The translations under genes and the position numbers were made by a program. 64,000 nt of DNA from Psammoneis japonica (lineage: Eukaryota). Positions 1 to 11,186 of the stretch are shown here, piece after piece. The stretch lies in assembly GCA_008632985.1 (NCBI GenBank), contig QPGO01000129.1, positions 62,001 through 126,000 of the forward strand. Direction: 5' to 3'. The notes beneath the pieces are model-generated. The model searched no databases. It saw nothing but the letters and a program-made list of their open reading frames with translations, and was not told the origin of the DNA. Within the stretch, counting starts at the first letter, position 1. Each line of letters opens with the position of its first letter.

Positions 1-786
1 AAAGACTCTTTCGACCCCAGACACATACAAAGCATTCTTTAGTTCGTGAATAAATGTATCAATGCCGTCTCCGTTGCGTCGCTCCACACTAGTCAGCATT
101 ACAGTCTGAGGATTGGTACGCAGCAGCTCATCCATTACGTCAATCAACAACTTCCAACTGTTTCCGTAAAGAGGTTCATAGACACAGTCGCAGTTGAGAC
201 AAATATCAAATCCATTTGAGTGAGACGTATCTTTGAGTAATTCTCGTATACAGTCTCTAGACCACTGCAGCGGCCTGACGGAAATGGCACTGTCACCTGA
301 AAAGTTGTCTTGCACATTTTTCTCTAGCTGAGACATTATGGATTCTTGATCCGTCAAACAGACATTGTTGGCTATTCCTAATTGGTACGCCACCATTCCT
401 GGTACACCCAACCCACAACCGAGCTCCAACAGAGATGTAGTTTTATTACTGGAGGATGGCATGTAATTCTTTTGCAAGTAATCAATCGCACAGATCGACG
501 CGTGCCAAACTCGAGTTCCAGCCCAACCCGCACCATCAAAAATCGGAGCTAAATCCGCTGGTTCCAGCAGTGTCGACAGTGTCAATGTTTTTCTCTGGCT
601 CCGCCATTTCAAACGTATACCCTCCTCTAGTCCATCATCATTCCGTATCGATTCAAGGTTTATCATTCTCAAGTACACATCTTGCTCACCATCATGATGC
701 TCGCAAATGTTCTCCTCGGTTTCTGTGTGCTCTGATTCAACCATAGCTCCATCTGTATTGGTGATATTGGGTGCCAAAGACGACAT
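1..786 (-). CDS. METTL21/Methyltransf_16-family protein lysine methyltransferase; 3' end runs off the window
   Basis: Hand translation from the ATG at 786 is open to position 1 (missing from the ORF track because there is no stop). It gives GWAGTRVWHAS, LLELGCGLGVPG (SAM motif I), VCLTDQ, LQW and FDICLNCDCVYEP. Confidence 0.85.
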   Translation of the reverse strand, partial: MSSLAPNITNTDGAMVESEHTETEENICEHHDGEQDVYLRMINLESIRNDDGLEEGIRLKWRSQRKTLTLSTLLEPADLAPIFDGAGWAGTRVWHASICAIDYLQKNYMPSSSNKTTSLLELGCGLGVPGMVAYQLGIANNVCLTDQESIMSQLEKNVQDNFSGDSAISVRPLQWSRDCIRELLKDTSHSNGFDICLNCDCVYEPLYGNSWKLLIDVMDELLRTNPQTVMLTSVERRNGDGIDTFIHELKNALYVSGVERVF

Positions 787-1040
787 GATACTCGCGCATT
801 AGGAGCAAAAGACAACAAGGACGCTGATTCAATGGGCCATACGCTTCCGACGCCATGGCCGTTTTTCTTTTCCTGCGCGCTGCGCCAATGAGGTCGACAG
901 CCGGCCAGGCGAGATTGGTGGCGGTTTGGGACTTAAACGCGACTCCAAGAACACGTCACATTTTCGGCGTTTTTTATCTATCCGCTTCGCGGTTCAACTC
1001 TATTATCACTACCATCTCTCATTTATTCACCGGGTTTACG

Positions 1041-1568
1041 ATGATTCAACTAACAATGACATCCCCACGAAACATTCTTTTGCTTTCCTTTGCGTTGCTG
1101 GCGTTGGTGTCAAGTGCTGCAGGCTTGTCCGTCGCCAACAGCAAAGTCAAAGCCACGACTCTTCCGAAACTTGATCCGGCAACGTCCAAGTATGCGCCAC
1201 CGCCAAACATCTCGTCTTTGCAATTTTACTCGCCCGTGTCCACGTTGATTCGAGCTGGTCCAGTGCCCTTTGTGACACGCTTGACGCAACCGGATAAATA
1301 CGAACAGGCAGTATGGAAGTACATGGTGGATGCCAAGGAAACCTCGCTTCAAACGGCACAGGGCAACATGGATGCTTTTTTCGCGGCGCCTGACGTGTGG
1401 GTTGAACAGAAATTGTCGGAACAGCAAGGAAAAAGAGAAGTCTATGACTACGGGAAGGATGTGGAGCCGGCACGAATCGCCTTGGCTAGCATTTGGGGCG
1501 GATTTGTAGTGATATTAGCAAGTCGTGTCTTTTGGCAGCTCATACACGGCAACCGAAACTTGTTTTAG
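1041..1568 (+). CDS. Hypothetical protein with signal peptide and C-terminal TM helix, possibly plastid-targeted
   Basis: Part of ORF 855..1568; ATG at 1041 or 1056. Hydrophobic N-terminus ILLLSFALLALVSSAAG, core AQGNMDAFFAAPDVW, C-terminal TM helix. Confidence 0.65.
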   Translation: MIQLTMTSPRNILLLSFALLALVSSAAGLSVANSKVKATTLPKLDPATSKYAPPPNISSLQFYSPVSTLIRAGPVPFVTRLTQPDKYEQAVWKYMVDAKETSLQTAQGNMDAFFAAPDVWVEQKLSEQQGKREVYDYGKDVEPARIALASIWGGFVVILASRVFWQLIHGNRNLF

Positions 1569-1640
1569 AGGACTTGTAGTGATTTATTTGGATCGTGTCT
1601 TTTTGCAGCTCATGCACCGCAACCGCAACTTGTTTTACAG
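1500..1640 (+). repeat. 70-bp tandem duplication of the 3' end of the upstream CDS, with a partial third copy at ~1706-1746
   Basis: 1500-1569 and 1570-1640 both read gga(t/c)ttgtagtgat...tcgtgtctttt..cagctcat..ac.gcaaccg.aacttgtttta. Confidence 0.8.
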
Positions 1641-2018
1641 CAAAAATGAATTACTACGATAATGTGCCCGCAGGAATTGCCTTTGCTAGCGCCATTTGAG
1701 GCTATGATTCGTGGTGTATTAGTCGTGTCTATTGGCAACCGAAACATGCTCCACTGATAAAAGCAATTAGTTGAATGCTAACCGATGCATACGTCATTTA
1801 CTTTCCTTACGCCAGATAGCTTATTCACTTTTTGCCTGGAAAGTCAATAATGTATGCATCGGTTAGCATTCTATTACTACGTACTATGTACACTATCGAC
1901 GCCAAACATTGCCTCGGTCTTTCCATTCCAGAGGTCTCAACGGGCTTGGCGATACTGTACTGTTTCCCTCTGGGGCGTGGCCTTTCCAATTTTGCCCGAC
2001 GTCTCTTACGCTATGCAA

Positions 2019-4940
2019 TCAATTGACTCGGTCTTCCCATCCCTGCCCATCTTCCGTGGTCTCGGTGATACTGTGCTTCAAGCTCGTCTTCGACCCTTCC
2101 AATTTTGAACGACGTTGCTTGATCGCTTGCTTCAGATCTTCTTTGGTTTGCTCAATCCTGTAGTTGGGTACAACATAGTAGTATCCCGTCGGCATTCCAA
2201 AGTCATTGATAACTTTATTTTGCTCAACTGCATCGAGTTCCAATCCAACCATGGCCTGTTCGGAAATATACATTGGGAGGATGCCAGGCTGGTCCCCTTT
2301 CGATTGAGATGAAATAATGTTTGGATGAAAGTGATGGTTCGCTACATAGAGCGACTCTCCGGACTTTGCCAGCTCATCTTGCTCCTGTCCAGTGGAGAAC
2401 GGTCTTAGTAGCGCGTATCGAAGTCGGTTGGTTTCCATATCAAAGTGTGTCTCGGCGTTGTGCCGAAAGTCCGGCACCTGGATGTAACCAGCTCTGTCAT
2501 CGCCAAGCATGAAGAAACCAGCAGAGATACCATTGCATTCTTCTTGATTTCCACAAGCGCAGGGGAGGCTCTCAAACTGATGTTCCTCCGCCCCCATTGG
2601 ACTCAGAGGACGATCAACTTTCAGGGTATGGATATTAGGTGGAACATGCCCGTCTGAAGAATTGCTAGAGGTGACTTGTTCCGTTTCTTGCATACCGATG
2701 TTCCCCCCCAAAGACTTTGGTTTCTTCACCTTTGCCTGGACAGCCACGCTGTCTGCTTCGCTGTCGTTATCAGTGGAGGAGTCATCGTCACTAGCGGACT
2801 CCTCATCAGAAGAGGCATCATCTGACGAATCGTCGTCCAAGGGGTGAGTTGCGTCGTTCATATCTTCTTGGTCTGTTGGGCCAAGTAGAAAATCCATGAA
2901 TGGCGTAAAGAATGCATCAATCCCAGCTACATCATTTGGCGACGAAGCACTAGGAGGTGACTTGACGGCTCTTTTTGGCGAATCAAATCCAGCTGGATAC
3001 GTTCCCAAGGGCTTGATAGGACGTGGTGAGTCATTAGGAGGTGGCTTGATAGCCGTTGCCTTGGACGCCATGGGAAGGTTTGGCGGGGAGTCATTGGGAG
3101 GTGGTTTGATGGTCGCCTTGGCGCCTTGGCGCAAATCAACGCCACCTGGATTCGCTAGCTTGGGCTCCATAGGAAAATTTGGCGAGGTGTCATTAGGAGG
3201 TGGTTTGATAGTCGTCGTGGTGCGCTGTGGCGGATCAACGCCAGCTGGGTTCTTTCCGTTGGGCTCCATGGGAATCTCAGGCTGGTTCAGTAAAGAAACT
3301 GATGCAGTATTATTTCCAGGCATAAACTCCGAGGGAATTACAGACTGGTCCAATGTAGAAACCGAGGCGGTATTTCCCGGGGAGGTTGGGGCACTACTCT
3401 TGCCGGCGGACATTCCATCATTGTCTTGGCTTGTAACATTGATAAAGACCCGAAAATCACGTTTTGAATTCGAGTCTTTAAAGGATTTCTTCCGTCTTGG
3501 AGGGGTTCTGGGAGCACTCTTTTGGAAAGTTGAAAAGTCAGAATCACGAAAGCCTTGAAACAAGGAGTCACTGTAGTCTTTCTCTGGCTCAACGCTGGAG
3601 TCGAAAGCTTCCAAGTCCATGGAAGTCCATTCTGTCGACGCAGTCATAGCGTGAGACAACTTGTTATCCGACTCCTTCACCGGGGTCGCTGTTTCACTAC
3701 TCGTTGCCTCTTCCTCTATACCAGGAAACATTTGAGGTGTAGAAGCAATATCGCCTTCATTCTCAAAGACGTTTTCAAAGGCTTTTGCTTGAGTTGGTTC
3801 TCTCAATGGATTGCAGTAGGCTAGGACTTGAATTTTCTTTCGGAGAAATTTGCGGCGAGAACGAGTTTTAGAGAATGACTGTGTCGTCTCTCGCGGCATT
3901 TCGGGCTCCTTTGAAATCATTGGCGGGAACTCTTTGCTCTTGACACCTCTTAGAGGATTGCAAGCGGCAAGACGATTGGCGTTTTTATGCGTCGACACAT
4001 ACGGCGACTCTGAATCGTTTGTCGACAAGAAATCATCTTTGAGCAAGGCCGATTCAGAAGAAGCATCGCGTTTGGTACCGGATGCACATGGCTTGAGCAA
4101 CTGAAATCTATTGAGGTTGGCAGAACTTGCCATTTCCCGTGCCGAAGATCCTTGCTTTACGAATTCTTTCAACGAAGGCGGAGCAATGAGATCAAATTGG
4201 TCTGGCTCCTTCTCCTCGGTTACATTCTCGCGAGAGGTAGCTCCCATGGGCACTTCCCCATCATCATCCCCTTTGTCCCTGGACGTGCACACTGATAGCA
4301 GGTTTACCTTGTTTTGCAACGCCGTTGCCTCTCCCTCTTCAATTTGCGAGTTTGCTTCTAATGATGAAGAAGAATAGCACGATGAAGGCATCACAAGCGA
4401 CATTCGAGTAGCAAGGCAAGCGCTGTCATTGTCGTTCGCTTTGGTTACAGGGAGGGTATGAGTGGTAGTACCGGGCTCATCTGAATCAGTAACCGAGCTG
4501 TCATCAGATTGAACTTGCATCTTGTTCCACCAACTTCTGATATTCGACAAGTCTTCGGAAAGACTCCTCGCTTCCGCCAAAACGACTTCCTCTTCTTGTT
4601 GATGAGCGGAAGAGGACTCCATGTCGTTGACACTCGGGGAGGAGGACTGGTTTCTTTGATGCTGGTTAAACGTGTCAAAAGCACTCGATTCAGACTTTCC
4701 AGGTGGTGCTGGTTCTGGTGCTTTCCAGATCTCTCGCGAAGCAACTGTTTCAAAGGAATCGTCGATATCTACAGTCTTGTCAAGGTCCACATTCCTGCCA
4801 AGAGGGTCTTCAGACTGGAGCTGCCCCTTGCCAATCTCCTCTGCGTACTTGAGCGAGGCGCGCAACACCTTCATCTTTTCAAGTAACTTGCGGCGGCGAA
4901 TTGCAGAACTATCAACTCCATCTTCTTGAGGGTCAGTCAT
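2019..4940 (-). CDS. Large low-complexity, probably disordered protein with Pro-rich internal repeats
   Basis: 977-aa ORF with ATG (MTDPQ) at 4940. Ser/Glu/Asp/Pro-rich, with repeated TIKPPPND(S/T)P at ~2945-3260. No domain recognised. Confidence 0.7.
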   Translation of the reverse strand: MTDPQEDGVDSSAIRRRKLLEKMKVLRASLKYAEEIGKGQLQSEDPLGRNVDLDKTVDIDDSFETVASREIWKAPEPAPPGKSESSAFDTFNQHQRNQSSSPSVNDMESSSAHQQEEEVVLAEARSLSEDLSNIRSWWNKMQVQSDDSSVTDSDEPGTTTHTLPVTKANDNDSACLATRMSLVMPSSCYSSSSLEANSQIEEGEATALQNKVNLLSVCTSRDKGDDDGEVPMGATSRENVTEEKEPDQFDLIAPPSLKEFVKQGSSAREMASSANLNRFQLLKPCASGTKRDASSESALLKDDFLSTNDSESPYVSTHKNANRLAACNPLRGVKSKEFPPMISKEPEMPRETTQSFSKTRSRRKFLRKKIQVLAYCNPLREPTQAKAFENVFENEGDIASTPQMFPGIEEEATSSETATPVKESDNKLSHAMTASTEWTSMDLEAFDSSVEPEKDYSDSLFQGFRDSDFSTFQKSAPRTPPRRKKSFKDSNSKRDFRVFINVTSQDNDGMSAGKSSAPTSPGNTASVSTLDQSVIPSEFMPGNNTASVSLLNQPEIPMEPNGKNPAGVDPPQRTTTTIKPPPNDTSPNFPMEPKLANPGGVDLRQGAKATIKPPPNDSPPNLPMASKATAIKPPPNDSPRPIKPLGTYPAGFDSPKRAVKSPPSASSPNDVAGIDAFFTPFMDFLLGPTDQEDMNDATHPLDDDSSDDASSDEESASDDDSSTDNDSEADSVAVQAKVKKPKSLGGNIGMQETEQVTSSNSSDGHVPPNIHTLKVDRPLSPMGAEEHQFESLPCACGNQEECNGISAGFFMLGDDRAGYIQVPDFRHNAETHFDMETNRLRYALLRPFSTGQEQDELAKSGESLYVANHHFHPNIISSQSKGDQPGILPMYISEQAMVGLELDAVEQNKVINDFGMPTGYYYVVPNYRIEQTKEDLKQAIKQRRSKLEGSKTSLKHSITETTEDGQGWEDRVN

Positions 4941-5278
4941 GACTCTTTTCAATTCTGATAATTACAAAGCAACAAGAACAGAGGTTTGGCAATGGCAGGG
5001 CACTTGAAGCATGAACGAGTTATTGCCTTCTCATACATCCTCTGCCCGATGTCGTGGTGATGAATTGATGAAGTGCAACAACGACAGGATCAAGGATTTA
5101 TAAGTCTATCAGGATGTACAAGCTCCGGTACAAATCTACGTGCGAGCCTGTTGCCATGCGTGGTACGAACACCGTTAAAATTTGTACTGCATTGTACGGC
5201 AGTCTACGTAGGGCTTCTGACGGGACGAACTTATCATTTATAAATAAACATTCACAAATATCATATATACCTCGAAGA

Positions 5279-5385
5279 CGAAACGTGATGGAGGGGGGAA
5301 AACAGACGGCACGAAACGTGATGGAGGGGGCGGGGGATAACAGACGGCACGAAATGTGATGGTGGATGGAAGACAGACGAAATGG
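5279..5385 (+). repeat. Subterminal degenerate 33-38-bp tandem repeats (about 3 copies)
   Basis: Recurring cgaaa(c/t)gtgatgg...acagacg at ~5279, ~5312 and ~5350. Confidence 0.75.
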
Positions 5386-7300
5386 AAATTCAAAAGGAAA
5401 ATCTGCCGCCGATGACAATCAACCCAATGACCGATTGATTGTTGCAACGATGAGTGATGATGTATGCTGCTGTAGTTCCCCAAATTGTCATGTGTTTCGA
5501 CAAGCGCTGATTCACGCTAATGATCCACTTTGGGGTCGCCCGCTGGCAAGGATACGCGTGACGCAAAACACACGATGCAAGCGTCTCGTCGAAAGCATTG
5601 TCCATTACTTGAAGCCCGAGAGAAGCACAAAAATTTTATGCATTGCCCCTCATCACTGGCCGAGAGAATTCTGGGAGTTCCGTGACTCCTGCAACGTCAA
5701 GCCACAATGGGTTTCGCCGCTTTCTTTCGAAGAAGCAAACTCGTTCGGTATGAATAACAGCCGCGACGCCATTGACAGTAACAAAACACTTTTCGTACAA
5801 GCCCCTTGCTGCAAACACGAAGTCGTTTCAGCTTTTATTGACAGTCTATCCTCGCCGGAACAAACGCCACAAGAGCCGCAAGAGTCGTCCACAGAACGGA
5901 CAATTGCCATCGAACGCGCGCTTTTGTCGAATGCTTCTATCACAGCCGGCAATACAGACATTCCATCAACGTCAACTTCCCTCACAACTGTCGAAATGCA
6001 GGATGCCGAGAAAGGAACTTCAACAGACTCGCGTCGACTTGAACAAGGCCCGACTCTTCTTTCTCCAAATCCTATCGAGACGACCTGCGCAACTCCATCA
6101 ATACGAACGTCACTTGATACAACCACAAAACCGCTCGTGGAACTGTCGATGGGGGAGACCAACAAAGAAAACAAAAGTCCAGAGCCCAATCCTGTCCAGA
6201 TCACACCAAGCGAGAAGCTCCGTGAGCAATGTCTCTCAAAGCACTTCGCTCCGACTCTGCTCGAATTTGGAGACTTCTCCAAGATAGCATGGGCAAGCAT
6301 GTTCACGCAATCTCAAGGCTTTTTCGAAAAGCTGTTCCAATTGAATGCAAGCGAGCATGAGTCGTTTGATAGAGCGTGCAAGACGATTACAGACAAGCTA
6401 CTTTCTTACCTTGAAATGTCCATCATCGCAAGTGCATCTGTCTATAACAGCTTCTACCTTCAAATCTGGCGATGTCTTCAGAGTGGTACTATTGACGAGG
6501 CGAGCAAGCTGGCTCCTGAGGGTATGCGAGAGCGTCTGCCGTGGTGCTTGGTAGGGATGACGATAGGTGAGATGTTTGTTGGTTGGGTCCTTTCGGCTAT
6601 GGACAAAGTTCATCATGAGCTTGTCAAGAAGGCGGGGGGTGCATCAACACTCAAGCGGAAGTCTACTGGCATTGAGGTGTCGGTAGATGATGCGAATTCC
6701 GAAGTCAATCGAATCTTTGGCTGGGCAATTAAAGACGTACTGCAAAAGACGATTCATCTGAACAATGACGAACTCTCGGAGGAAGTTAGCGACAAGACCC
6801 AAGCCAAAATCGATTTCCTGAAACGGATGAGAATTTTGCACCACGAGGCACTCAAAGATGAGAACTACATGGCTAACTGCTACGCTACTTCTGACAAGAT
6901 TCGAAACAGAGGCGGACTTACCTTGGTGGCACCGATAGTATTCCACTTCGGGAAGAGGTTGTTGGGTTGTATCCGATTGGGGTGCAACGAAGGAACTATG
7001 AAAAGCAAGGGAAAAGAATGTGTCAAGGAAGCATATGAGAGTATCATGGGGAACAAGGATTTGGAGAAAGCTTTTCTCAAGTGCTTCGAGAGTGACAACT
7101 CAATTACGACGGACGACAAGCTCAAAGTATACAAGCAGCTTATTTCGAAGACAGCTCACGCAAGATTCGGGGCTGTTACAGACAAGTACAAAGAGGACAA
7201 CACAGGGCATTATGCAAAAGGCTCGTCAGACGTTGCATTCCGACAGAATCTCAGAGCTCAAGTCAAAAAGTCAAGCGTCGAGGTCACAAGTAACTTTTAA
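5366..7300 (+). CDS. Transposon-encoded protein with THAP-like Zn module and P-transposase-C-terminal-like region
   Basis: Intact 644-aa ORF inside the TIRs. N-terminal CCSSPNC...LCIAPHHWP resembles a THAP C2CH finger, and there is a C-terminal NRGGLTLV motif. No DDE/RNase H core recognised. Confidence 0.55.
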   Translation: MEDRRNGNSKGKSAADDNQPNDRLIVATMSDDVCCCSSPNCHVFRQALIHANDPLWGRPLARIRVTQNTRCKRLVESIVHYLKPERSTKILCIAPHHWPREFWEFRDSCNVKPQWVSPLSFEEANSFGMNNSRDAIDSNKTLFVQAPCCKHEVVSAFIDSLSSPEQTPQEPQESSTERTIAIERALLSNASITAGNTDIPSTSTSLTTVEMQDAEKGTSTDSRRLEQGPTLLSPNPIETTCATPSIRTSLDTTTKPLVELSMGETNKENKSPEPNPVQITPSEKLREQCLSKHFAPTLLEFGDFSKIAWASMFTQSQGFFEKLFQLNASEHESFDRACKTITDKLLSYLEMSIIASASVYNSFYLQIWRCLQSGTIDEASKLAPEGMRERLPWCLVGMTIGEMFVGWVLSAMDKVHHELVKKAGGASTLKRKSTGIEVSVDDANSEVNRIFGWAIKDVLQKTIHLNNDELSEEVSDKTQAKIDFLKRMRILHHEALKDENYMANCYATSDKIRNRGGLTLVAPIVFHFGKRLLGCIRLGCNEGTMKSKGKECVKEAYESIMGNKDLEKAFLKCFESDNSITTDDKLKVYKQLISKTAHARFGAVTDKYKEDNTGHYAKGSSDVAFRQNLRAQVKKSSVEVTSNF

Positions 7301-7465
7301 ACACGTTCTGTTTGATCACTCTCAGTTGGTTTCTCTAAAGCGCTCTCTGCTCCAGATTGCCCTATCCATTTGGTGGGGTTTGGGTTACTTACAGTAAAGA
7401 CTTCCACTTGAAAAGGCACTCAAGCCTATAAGAAAGTATGCCGATCATGTGCATGGATACCGTAC

Positions 7466-7958
7466 ATAATGTACTATGTTCCGTGATGGTGTCTTGAGGT
7501 GCTGTATTTCTTGAGGCGCTGTCTCAACTCATCCAGCGCACACCGCAACCTTACTGCAGTACAGAGAGGACAGTCATGCACCACTTGACAAGAAATGAGA
7601 CGAACTTGAGGTATAATGTACTATGTTCCGTGATGGTGTCTTGAGGTGCTGTATTTCTTGAGGCGCTGTCTCAACTCATCCAGCGCACACCGCAACCTTA
7701 CTGCAGTACAGAGAGGACAGTCATGCACCACTTGACAAGAAATGAGACAAACTTGAGGTATAATGTACCGTGTTCCGTGATGGTGTCTTGAGGTGCTGTA
7801 TTTCTTGAGGCGCTGTCTCAACTCATCCAGCGCACACCGCAACCTTACTGCAGTACAGAGAGGACAGTCATGCACCACTTGACAAGAAATGAGACGAACT
7901 TGAGGTATAATGTACCGTGTTCCGTGATGGTGTCTTGAGGTGCTGTATTTCTTGAGGC
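7466..7958 (+). repeat. 147-bp tandem repeat, about 3.3 near-identical copies
   Basis: ccgtgatggtgtcttgagg starts at 7481, 7628, 7775 and 7922 (period exactly 147). Confidence 0.95.
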
Positions 7959-7993
7959 ACTGTACTGTATGTCTTAAGTTTGCAAAACTCGTT

Positions 7994-8295
7994 GACACCT
8001 CGTCACCACAAAGTATACGGTCTTCTGACGACAACCCTAGAATTGTAAGGTACAAGTCGTTCCCAACAACGGTCCAAAATTATTCAGGTCGTGTCTCAGA
8101 CCTCCTTTGCAGATTGAAAGGCAACAAGAAACATAAAATAATGCACACATGGTGGTGCGTCGTCTTGAGGTGCGTCTTGGGGTACCGGCACTCCGTGAGG
8201 TGCGTCTTAGTTCCTGCAACTAACAGACACCTCGTCACCACAAATTATGGACCTAATGACGACAACCCTAGATTGATAAGGTACAAGTCGTTCCC
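7994..8295 (+). repeat. Dispersed ~70-bp direct repeat inside the P-like element
   Basis: gacacctcgtcaccacaa...gacgacaaccctaga...taaggtacaagtcgttccc at ~7994-8065 and ~8226-8295. Confidence 0.75.
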
Positions 8296-10769
8296 GTCCT
8301 CCTTTGTAGATCCGAAAGGTCGCAAGAAACAAAATTAAGACACCGCCTACATGGGAAAAATGGAGACGGAGAATGAAATTGTCAGTTTGTAAATCCTCAT
8401 ACCAGCACTGTATGCATGATGCATCAATACTGCTTTAAATGTAAACATACCTTATTGTACACCTCCTTCAGAAGTAAACTGCACGAGATTCCAGCCCGCT
8501 CGCTCGCATTCCAATAGCAGAGTCTCCACGCCATCAAGATTTACCCCAGTTTTCGGTCCCTGAACGAGGGAGTACTACTAACCGGCACTCGGCAAGGTCA
8601 TGGACGTCAATATCCAACCCATTGCACATTATAATTGTCATTATTCGTGATAGTATCAACTGTATGTTTCTTGGCTCAGGCCAAAAGAGAGCGTAGGACA
8701 CACCACAGCCCCATTCCGATATAAGGAAGAACATGAGTTGAAAAGAAAAAATGGTGTCGACACCGACACGAAACTATGAGCCATTGTTCGTCCGTAGGGG
8801 TGATACGTTGCTCAACAGCTTCTCTATATGAGTTATAAAGACGAACATGTCAAAGAAAATGAGTGAGATGCCGAAACAAAAGCACAATATAATTCGATTG
8901 CGACAGAGAGCGATAATGAGTCTCGAACCGTGGTGTCAATACAAAATCCTTTTTTCACCTTACTATTGGCTGCTTACCTTCGAAAAAGCAACATAAGCTG
9001 TTTATAAATGAAGGTAAAGACTAGTAGATAGCGTTGGTATTGTTGAAAGGATCGTCAATAGTCTAATAAGCCGCTCCGATTATCATGGTGTGTGGTGCCT
9101 TTTTGAATGATGCGCGAACCCTTGAAAAAATGAGGAGACTGGAAGTCTCGTGTCCGGTCTCTTGCTTTACAAATACATATACAAAATACATAAATTTATA
9201 TACTTTAACGGCGGAGTTCGCACCGTCAAGATTACTTAGAGGCTGTTGACCACGCATGGCAACACGCGTTCTACGTAGCTTGTACATCCTGACAGACTTA
9301 TAAATCCTTGGACAGGATCCGCCATGCTGACGTACAGTAGAAAGCACCGTAGGTTTCTACGTGTCATAATAAATTTGGTGATTTCGTGTCGTGTGAAGTG
9401 CAAAATTTCAATATATTATCAGCATCTTAATATTACTAAAATTTTCATTCATTATCGGGTTTTGATTAACTATATTTCACCAATTATCAATTAACGATCG
9501 CCAACGAGCTAATAATTTCTCCAATATCGTACCGTTTACACAGTTTTTAAGCGAAATTAAATTTCTAAATCAGACAAAGTACATAAAATCCAATACTTTT
9601 CACCGCCAACTTTAGTATCGTCAGAGAGAACTAGCTAGTAGTGACATAAAAAAATTGCGATGATGTGTTGGTGATTGCGAAACGACGATGGCGCTGTAGC
9701 GTGGATGAATGATGAAGCTTCTAGGGCCTACGTGTTCGAGCCTCAGAGTAACCATCTCTTTTCAGGACGTTGATGAAGATAAGAGTTGGTGTCGAGCGTA
9801 TGGCTTCAATTTGCAATCCATGCATTCGTCATGCCACCGCCATCATCGCACCGCATTGGATTTTCGCAACGCATTGGATTTCGCTCCTCCCGCCACCGCG
9901 CCGTGCTGCATTCGTTTCCGACAACTCAAGCGGCACGCAAGCAGAACGCGAAGATGGATCATGGGTTTCAGATGGGAGTCTCGTTTTGCGTTAAATGATG
10001 GCTGTGACGGAGACAAAAGAGGCAACAGCAGCAACAGGTTGAGGTGTGAGCAAGAGCAACGAAAAGTGTGGCGGCAATAAACCGTGTGTGTCGCTGCTGT
10101 GAGTGCTGCGTTGCTGCTGATTGCGCCGCTACTAGAGACGGGTATTGCAGTAACGGAAAGTGAGTCTGTGGTCGTGAATGCGGCCTCGATAGGCAACAAG
10201 TATTATGGCTGGTCGCGTTGCTGTCAATGGAGGTATTTCTGAAACGACTTTGATTGCCACGGTCCATCGTGGTGTTCGTACCTGCAGCGCTGAACCCTCT
10301 CTTGAGAGGGACATGATGAGTTTTGAATGTATATGAACGAACTTAACGATGCCACCAGCAAAAAAAGAAGAAACGAATGAAGCATAAGTTTGCGCAATGA
10401 ATGATTTTGAAATTATCGATGTTGCGTCTTTTCGTTCTTTAATGTAGTTTTGCGCTGTACAATAGATGAATTCTCCAATTGATTCTGTTACATTGTGATT
10501 CTCTTTAAAATATTTAGATTGCTTGCGCCCAAAGGATTCCAGGATTTGAAACGATGAAAAGAAACAAGCGAGACGACATTGATCGACTAATTTTCGAGTG
10601 GCAACAAAACATGCGCCAATACGCTACACGCTACGCTAAAATTCAGAAGGTCACCTCAAAATTGCCAAATAATGGATTGCTCATAATCAGTATCTAGGCC
10701 CTGCCCATGCTCTCGGTTTGCATTGTTTGGTAGAAAAGTAGTATCATCCGACGACGGAGAGAGTTATGT

Positions 10770-11186
10770 CTAACGACGAATCACATACAAACGGTGTACA
10801 ATGAATGCAGAGATGTAGTGGGAAAGAAACAAGCCAAGAGGGAAGCGTGTCTGACGCATGGATTCAGTCAAAGCCATCCAAAAAGTTCTCGCCGGATGCA
10901 GCCGAAAGCCCGTTTCCTCCATAGATGACTTGTTACTGGAATTGACGCCTTGCCCCATCCATTTCACAGGAGTTGCATCTTCTTCGGAACACCCGGTGCA
11001 TCCACCAGTTGCAAGCTTTCTGACATTTGGTGTCCCTCGTTCTTCGATATTGCGAGCCGGACGAACGGTAAATGGCCTGGTTTTGGAAGCTGAACACGGA
11101 GTTATCGCGAAGGCATCGCCAACCTTCCAATTTGAAAACAGAACAATAAGGAAGGCCAACAGAAATACAGAAAGAGACGCTTTCAT
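10770..11186 (-). CDS. Small protein with signal peptide and AF motif, possibly plastid-targeted; 3' end uncertain
   Basis: MKASLSVFLLAFLIVLFSNWKVGDAFAITP followed by a basic transit-peptide-like stretch. Confidence 0.45.
   Translation of the reverse strand: MKASLSVFLLAFLIVLFSNWKVGDAFAITPCSASKTRPFTVRPARNIEERGTPNVRKLATGGCTGCSEEDATPVKWMGQGVNSSNKSSMEETGFRLHPARTFWMALTESMRQTRFPLGLFLSHYISAFIVHRLYVIRR

Larger units (their letters stand above)
5091..9310 (+). mobile_element. 4220-bp TIR DNA transposon, P-element-like, probably non-autonomous
   Basis: 34-bp TIRs at 5091-5124 and 9277-9310 (33/34 identical, starting CAAGG). Perfect 8-bp TSD GACAGGAT at 5083-5090 and 9311-9318. Patchy subterminal inverted matches (gttgccatgcgtggt / accacgcatggcaac). 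Boundaries are firm; the superfamily call is less so. Confidence 0.85.

Noticed and set aside
7466..7958. CRISPR-like array (also considered for 41.3-44.4 kb)
   Set aside because: Whole units repeat with no unique spacers, no cas genes are present, and the context is eukaryotic.
9360..9660. AT-rich stretch as a possible centromere or origin
   Set aside because: Short, with no further supporting structure; consistent with ordinary intergenic DNA.
9709..10314. Overlapping short ORFs on both strands
   Set aside because: No recognisable motif or consistent exon structure.
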